Positions 61,506-64,000 of a stretch of DNA of 64,000 nt are shown here, one piece after another (position 1 is the stretch's first letter; each line of letters opens with the position of its first letter). The DNA lies in NCBI GenBank assembly GCA_034667725.1, contig JAXDQS010000004.1, positions 30,973-94,972 on the forward strand, given 5' to 3'. The DNA comes from Thermoplasmata archaeon. GTDB lineage: Archaea; Thermoplasmatota; E2; JACPAO01; JAHFTW01. The translations under genes and the position numbers were made by a program. A model generated the notes under the pieces. That model saw only the letters and a program-made list of their open reading frames with translations. It did not search any database and was not told the DNA's origin.

Positions 61506-63128
61506 CTACAGTGGCGTCAGCCCATGCTTCTTCTGCGGCCGCTGCTCACGCTTGTTGATCAAAGGCCACAGCGCCTGGATCAACCGGGGCCGGGTCTCGC
61601 TCGGCTCGATGACGTCGTCGATCCAGCCCCGCTCCGCCGCGACGTAGGGGTTGGCGAACTTCTCCTGGTATTCGGCCTGGAACCTGGCGGCGAGCTCCTT
61701 GGCCTTGGCGGGGTCCTCCTCGAGGAGCTTCTGCATGTCGCGCTTGTAGAGGATGTTGACCGCGCCCTCGGCGCCCATGACGGCGATCTCGGCGGCGGGC
61801 CAGGCGAAGTTGACGTCGCTGCCGACGTGCTTCGAGGACATGACGATGTAGGCGCCGCCGTAGGACTTGCGGGTGATGACCGCGAGCTTGGGGACCGTGG
61901 CCTCGCAGTAGGCGTACAGCAGCTTGGCGCCGTTGCGGATGATGCCGCCGTGCTCCTGGCCGAGGCCGGGCAGGAAGCCGGGCACGTCGACGAACGAGAT
62001 GATGGGGAAGTTGAACGAGTCGCAGAACCGGATCCACTTGGCGGCCTTGATGCTGGCCTCGATGTCGAGGGCGCCGGCGAGGACGCTGGGCTGGTTGGCG
62101 ACGATGCCGACGGGGTAGCCGTCGAGGCGGGCAAGGCCGATCACGACGTTGGTGGCCCACTTGGACTGCAGCTCCTCCCAGGTGCCCTTGTCCATGATGC
62201 GGGTGATGATGTCGCGGATGTCGTAGGGCTTGTTCGGGTTGGGCGGGACGATGGTGTCCAGTTCCAGGTCCATGCGGAAGCGGTCGTCGGTCGGCTTGAC
62301 GACGGGCAGCTCGGAGAGGTTGTTGCTCGGGAGGTAGGTGAGCAGGCTGCGGATCTTGCGGATGGCGTCGTCCTCGTCGAGGCCCGAGAAGCTCGCGACC
62401 CCGGACTTGACGGTGTGCACCGAGGCGCCGCCCAGCTCCTCCTGGCTGGCCTCCTCGCCGGTGACGGTCTTGACGACGTCGGGGCCCGTCACGAACATAT
62501 GGGACGAGTCCTCGACCATCACGACGAAGTCCGTGAGCGCCGGGGAGTACACCGCGCCGCCGGCGGACGGGCCGACGATGACGGAGATCTGCGGGATGAC
62601 GCCGCTGGCCTGGACGTTGCGGAAGAAGATGTCGCCGTAGCCCGCGAGGGACGCGACCCCCTCCTGGATGCGGGCGCCGCCGGAGTCGTTGAAGCCGATG
62701 ATGGGCGCGCCGTTGCGGATCGCCATCTCCTGGACCTTGCAGATCTTCCTGGCCGTCTGCTCGCCCAGGGAGCCGCCGAGCACCGTGAAGTCCTGGCTGT
62801 AGATGTAGACCACGCGGCCGTTGACGTAGCCGTAGCCGGTCACGACGCCGTCGCCGTCGAAGCGCGACTTGTCCATCCCGAAGTGGGTGGCCTGGGTGCG
62901 GACGAAGGGATCGAGCTCGACGAACGTGCCCGGGTCGCACAGCAGGTCGATGCGCTCGCGGGCGGTGTACTTGCCCTTGTCGTGCTGGGCCTGGATGCGG
63001 GCCGTGCCGCCGCCCAGCATCGCCTTGGCCTTGCGGTCGCGCAGGCGGGCGATGGGGTCGAGCGGCTCGGTGGCGGCGAGGCCGTTCTTGGGCTTCGCGG
63101 CCTCCTTGGGCACGGCGGTCGGGCTCAT
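61506..63128 (-). CDS. pccB: Acyl-CoA carboxylase carboxyltransferase subunit (PccB/AccD5 family)
   Basis: GGG..RIQAQHDKGKYTARERI, FTVLGGSLGE, GFNDSGGARIQEG, PGFLPGLGQEHGGIIRNGAKLLYA. ATG 63128 lies about 27 nt downstream of the TTTACATA box (63152-63159). Confidence 0.95.
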   Translation of the reverse strand: MSPTAVPKEAAKPKNGLAATEPLDPIARLRDRKAKAMLGGGTARIQAQHDKGKYTARERIDLLCDPGTFVELDPFVRTQATHFGMDKSRFDGDGVVTGYGYVNGRVVYIYSQDFTVLGGSLGEQTARKICKVQEMAIRNGAPIIGFNDSGGARIQEGVASLAGYGDIFFRNVQASGVIPQISVIVGPSAGGAVYSPALTDFVVMVEDSSHMFVTGPDVVKTVTGEEASQEELGGASVHTVKSGVASFSGLDEDDAIRKIRSLLTYLPSNNLSELPVVKPTDDRFRMDLELDTIVPPNPNKPYDIRDIITRIMDKGTWEELQSKWATNVVIGLARLDGYPVGIVANQPSVLAGALDIEASIKAAKWIRFCDSFNFPIISFVDVPGFLPGLGQEHGGIIRNGAKLLYAYCEATVPKLAVITRKSYGGAYIVMSSKHVGSDVNFAWPAAEIAVMGAEGAVNILYKRDMQKLLEEDPAKAKELAARFQAEYQEKFANPYVAAERGWIDDVIEPSETRPRLIQALWPLINKREQRPQKKHGLTPL

Positions 63129-63151
63129 GGCGTCGCGGGCCACGCCCACCC

Positions 63152-63159
63152 TATGTAAA
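63152..63159 (-). promoter_or_regulatory. TATA box for pccB (leaderless spacing)
   Basis: TTTACATA on the minus strand, about 27 nt upstream of ATG 63128. Same spacing as the pit, pstS and abrB-phoU promoters. Confidence 0.45.
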
Positions 63160-63216
63160 GGCTTGTCCGGATGTGCCATTGTGCCCGGCACACCGGGCCA
63201 TTGCGAACCTGTGCGG

Positions 63217-63651
63217 TCACATCATCATGTCGTGCGGTTGGACGACGATGGTGCCGGTCATGCTCGGGTGGACCTTGCAGTGGTAGGCGACAGTGCCCTC
63301 CTTCGCGAAGCCCTGCTCGATGACGTCGCCGTCCGCCATGCAGACCGGCGCCACGCCGACGGGGGCCGCGCAGTTGGGGTGCGAGTCGTAGCTGCCGTCG
63401 TCGTAGGTCACGGTGTGGCCGGTGGTGCCGTCGTTGTGGGTCCAGCGCACCTTGTCGCCCACGTGGATCATGGTCGTCTGGTTGACGAAGGCATTGCCCT
63501 CGAGGCTGACGTCATGCGTCATCGCCATGTGCATCATGCCGCCCGTGTCCGACGACGAGGAGGTCGTCATGGTGGAGGAGCCGTCGGTGTCGGAGGAGGA
63601 GCAGCCCGCAAGGGCGAGCATCAGCGTGGCAGCGGCCAGGAGGAGGCGCAT
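63217..63651 (-). CDS. Type-1 copper (plastocyanin/halocyanin-like) lipoprotein
   Basis: Lipobox LALAGC, S/T linker, TTGHTV (His), YHCKVHPSM (Cys-His-Met ligands). Confidence 0.85.
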   Translation of the reverse strand: MRLLLAAATLMLALAGCSSSDTDGSSTMTTSSSSDTGGMMHMAMTHDVSLEGNAFVNQTTMIHVGDKVRWTHNDGTTGHTVTYDDGSYDSHPNCAAPVGVAPVCMADGDVIEQGFAKEGTVAYHCKVHPSMTGTIVVQPHDMMM

Positions 63652-63699
63652 GCGCTCGACGAGCCGGCGGCGGGTATGGCGTTTGTGGTGGGGCCATGG

Positions 63700-64000
63700 C
63701 TACTCGAGCAGCCAAGTGTAGCCTTGCAGGAGGGTCGCGGCGCCCAAGGCCCAGGCCCGCCACGGCCGGACGCCGGGCGCGGCCAGCGCCAGCCACAGCA
63801 GCGGGAGCTGGGCCGCCGCGACGTAGCGCAGCGGGTCCCGCCAGAGTGGCGAGAAGCCGTCGGCCCCGTCCTCCACGACATGGAAGACCGCCGCGAACAG
63901 GAAGCCCAGGAAGACCATCAGGCCGGCGGCCAGCAGCAGCCCGCTCACGGCCTCGTCCCGCCAGCGCGCCGCTTGCGTGCGCAGCGGGCCCCAGAACGCC
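63700..64000 (-). CDS. Hypothetical membrane protein, N-terminus possibly beyond the window
   Basis: Track ORF 63700-63948. The frame stays open to the window edge; two or three hydrophobic helices. Confidence 0.3.
   Translation of the reverse strand, partial: AFWGPLRTQAARWRDEAVSGLLLAAGLMVFLGFLFAAVFHVVEDGADGFSPLWRDPLRYVAAAQLPLLWLALAAPGVRPWRAWALGAATLLQGYTWLLE

Overview
High-GC window (roughly two-thirds G+C by eye) that reads as an archaeal chromosome. Support: ribosomal protein S6e, RPA-type OB-fold ssDNA-binding proteins, a ZPR1 zinc-finger protein, Tpt1/KptA, an AbrB-PhoU regulator, three tRNAs without encoded CCA, and TATA boxes about 27-30 nt upstream of apparently leaderless start codons. 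I support about 75 protein genes. Many very long ORFs in the supplied track are antisense or off-frame artefacts of the GC bias, and real genes often start at internal ATG/GTG codons. I recomputed those starts from residue counts within the track ORFs. Layout: 1-8.6 kb is a same-strand phosphate island (aminotransferase, DUF47-PitA, PhoU, PstBACS plus a second PstS). 8.7-20 kb holds a surface protein, tRNA-Leu with tRNA-derived repeats, QueD/QueC, two TerC-like genes, AguB, a rhodanese and a split transketolase. 20-25 kb holds a PduO adenosyltransferase, NikR, a ZnuABC-like transporter, ArsR and AbrB-PhoU. 25-34 kb holds ZPR1, two RPA genes, secreted and coiled-coil proteins, S6e and a hemerythrin. 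34-48 kb holds DtxR, GNAT, an acyl-CoA dehydrogenase, MsrB, membrane proteins, an MFS transporter, tRNA-Lys, Tpt1, tRNA-Cys and a peroxiredoxin/AhpD group. The standout is 48.96-63.13 kb. It contains a 2975-aa iterative type I PKS / PUFA-synthase-like megasynthase with domain order KS-AT-KS-3xACP-KR-DH-PPTase. That gene is tightly coupled (1-nt gap, then overlapping stop/start codons) to bioY, biotin carboxylase and BCCP, and is flanked by a carboxyltransferase and a divergent SnoaL-like gene. All three tandem carrier domains carry Thr where the phosphopantetheine-accepting Ser is expected. No tools were run; every family call comes from motif recognition in the translations.
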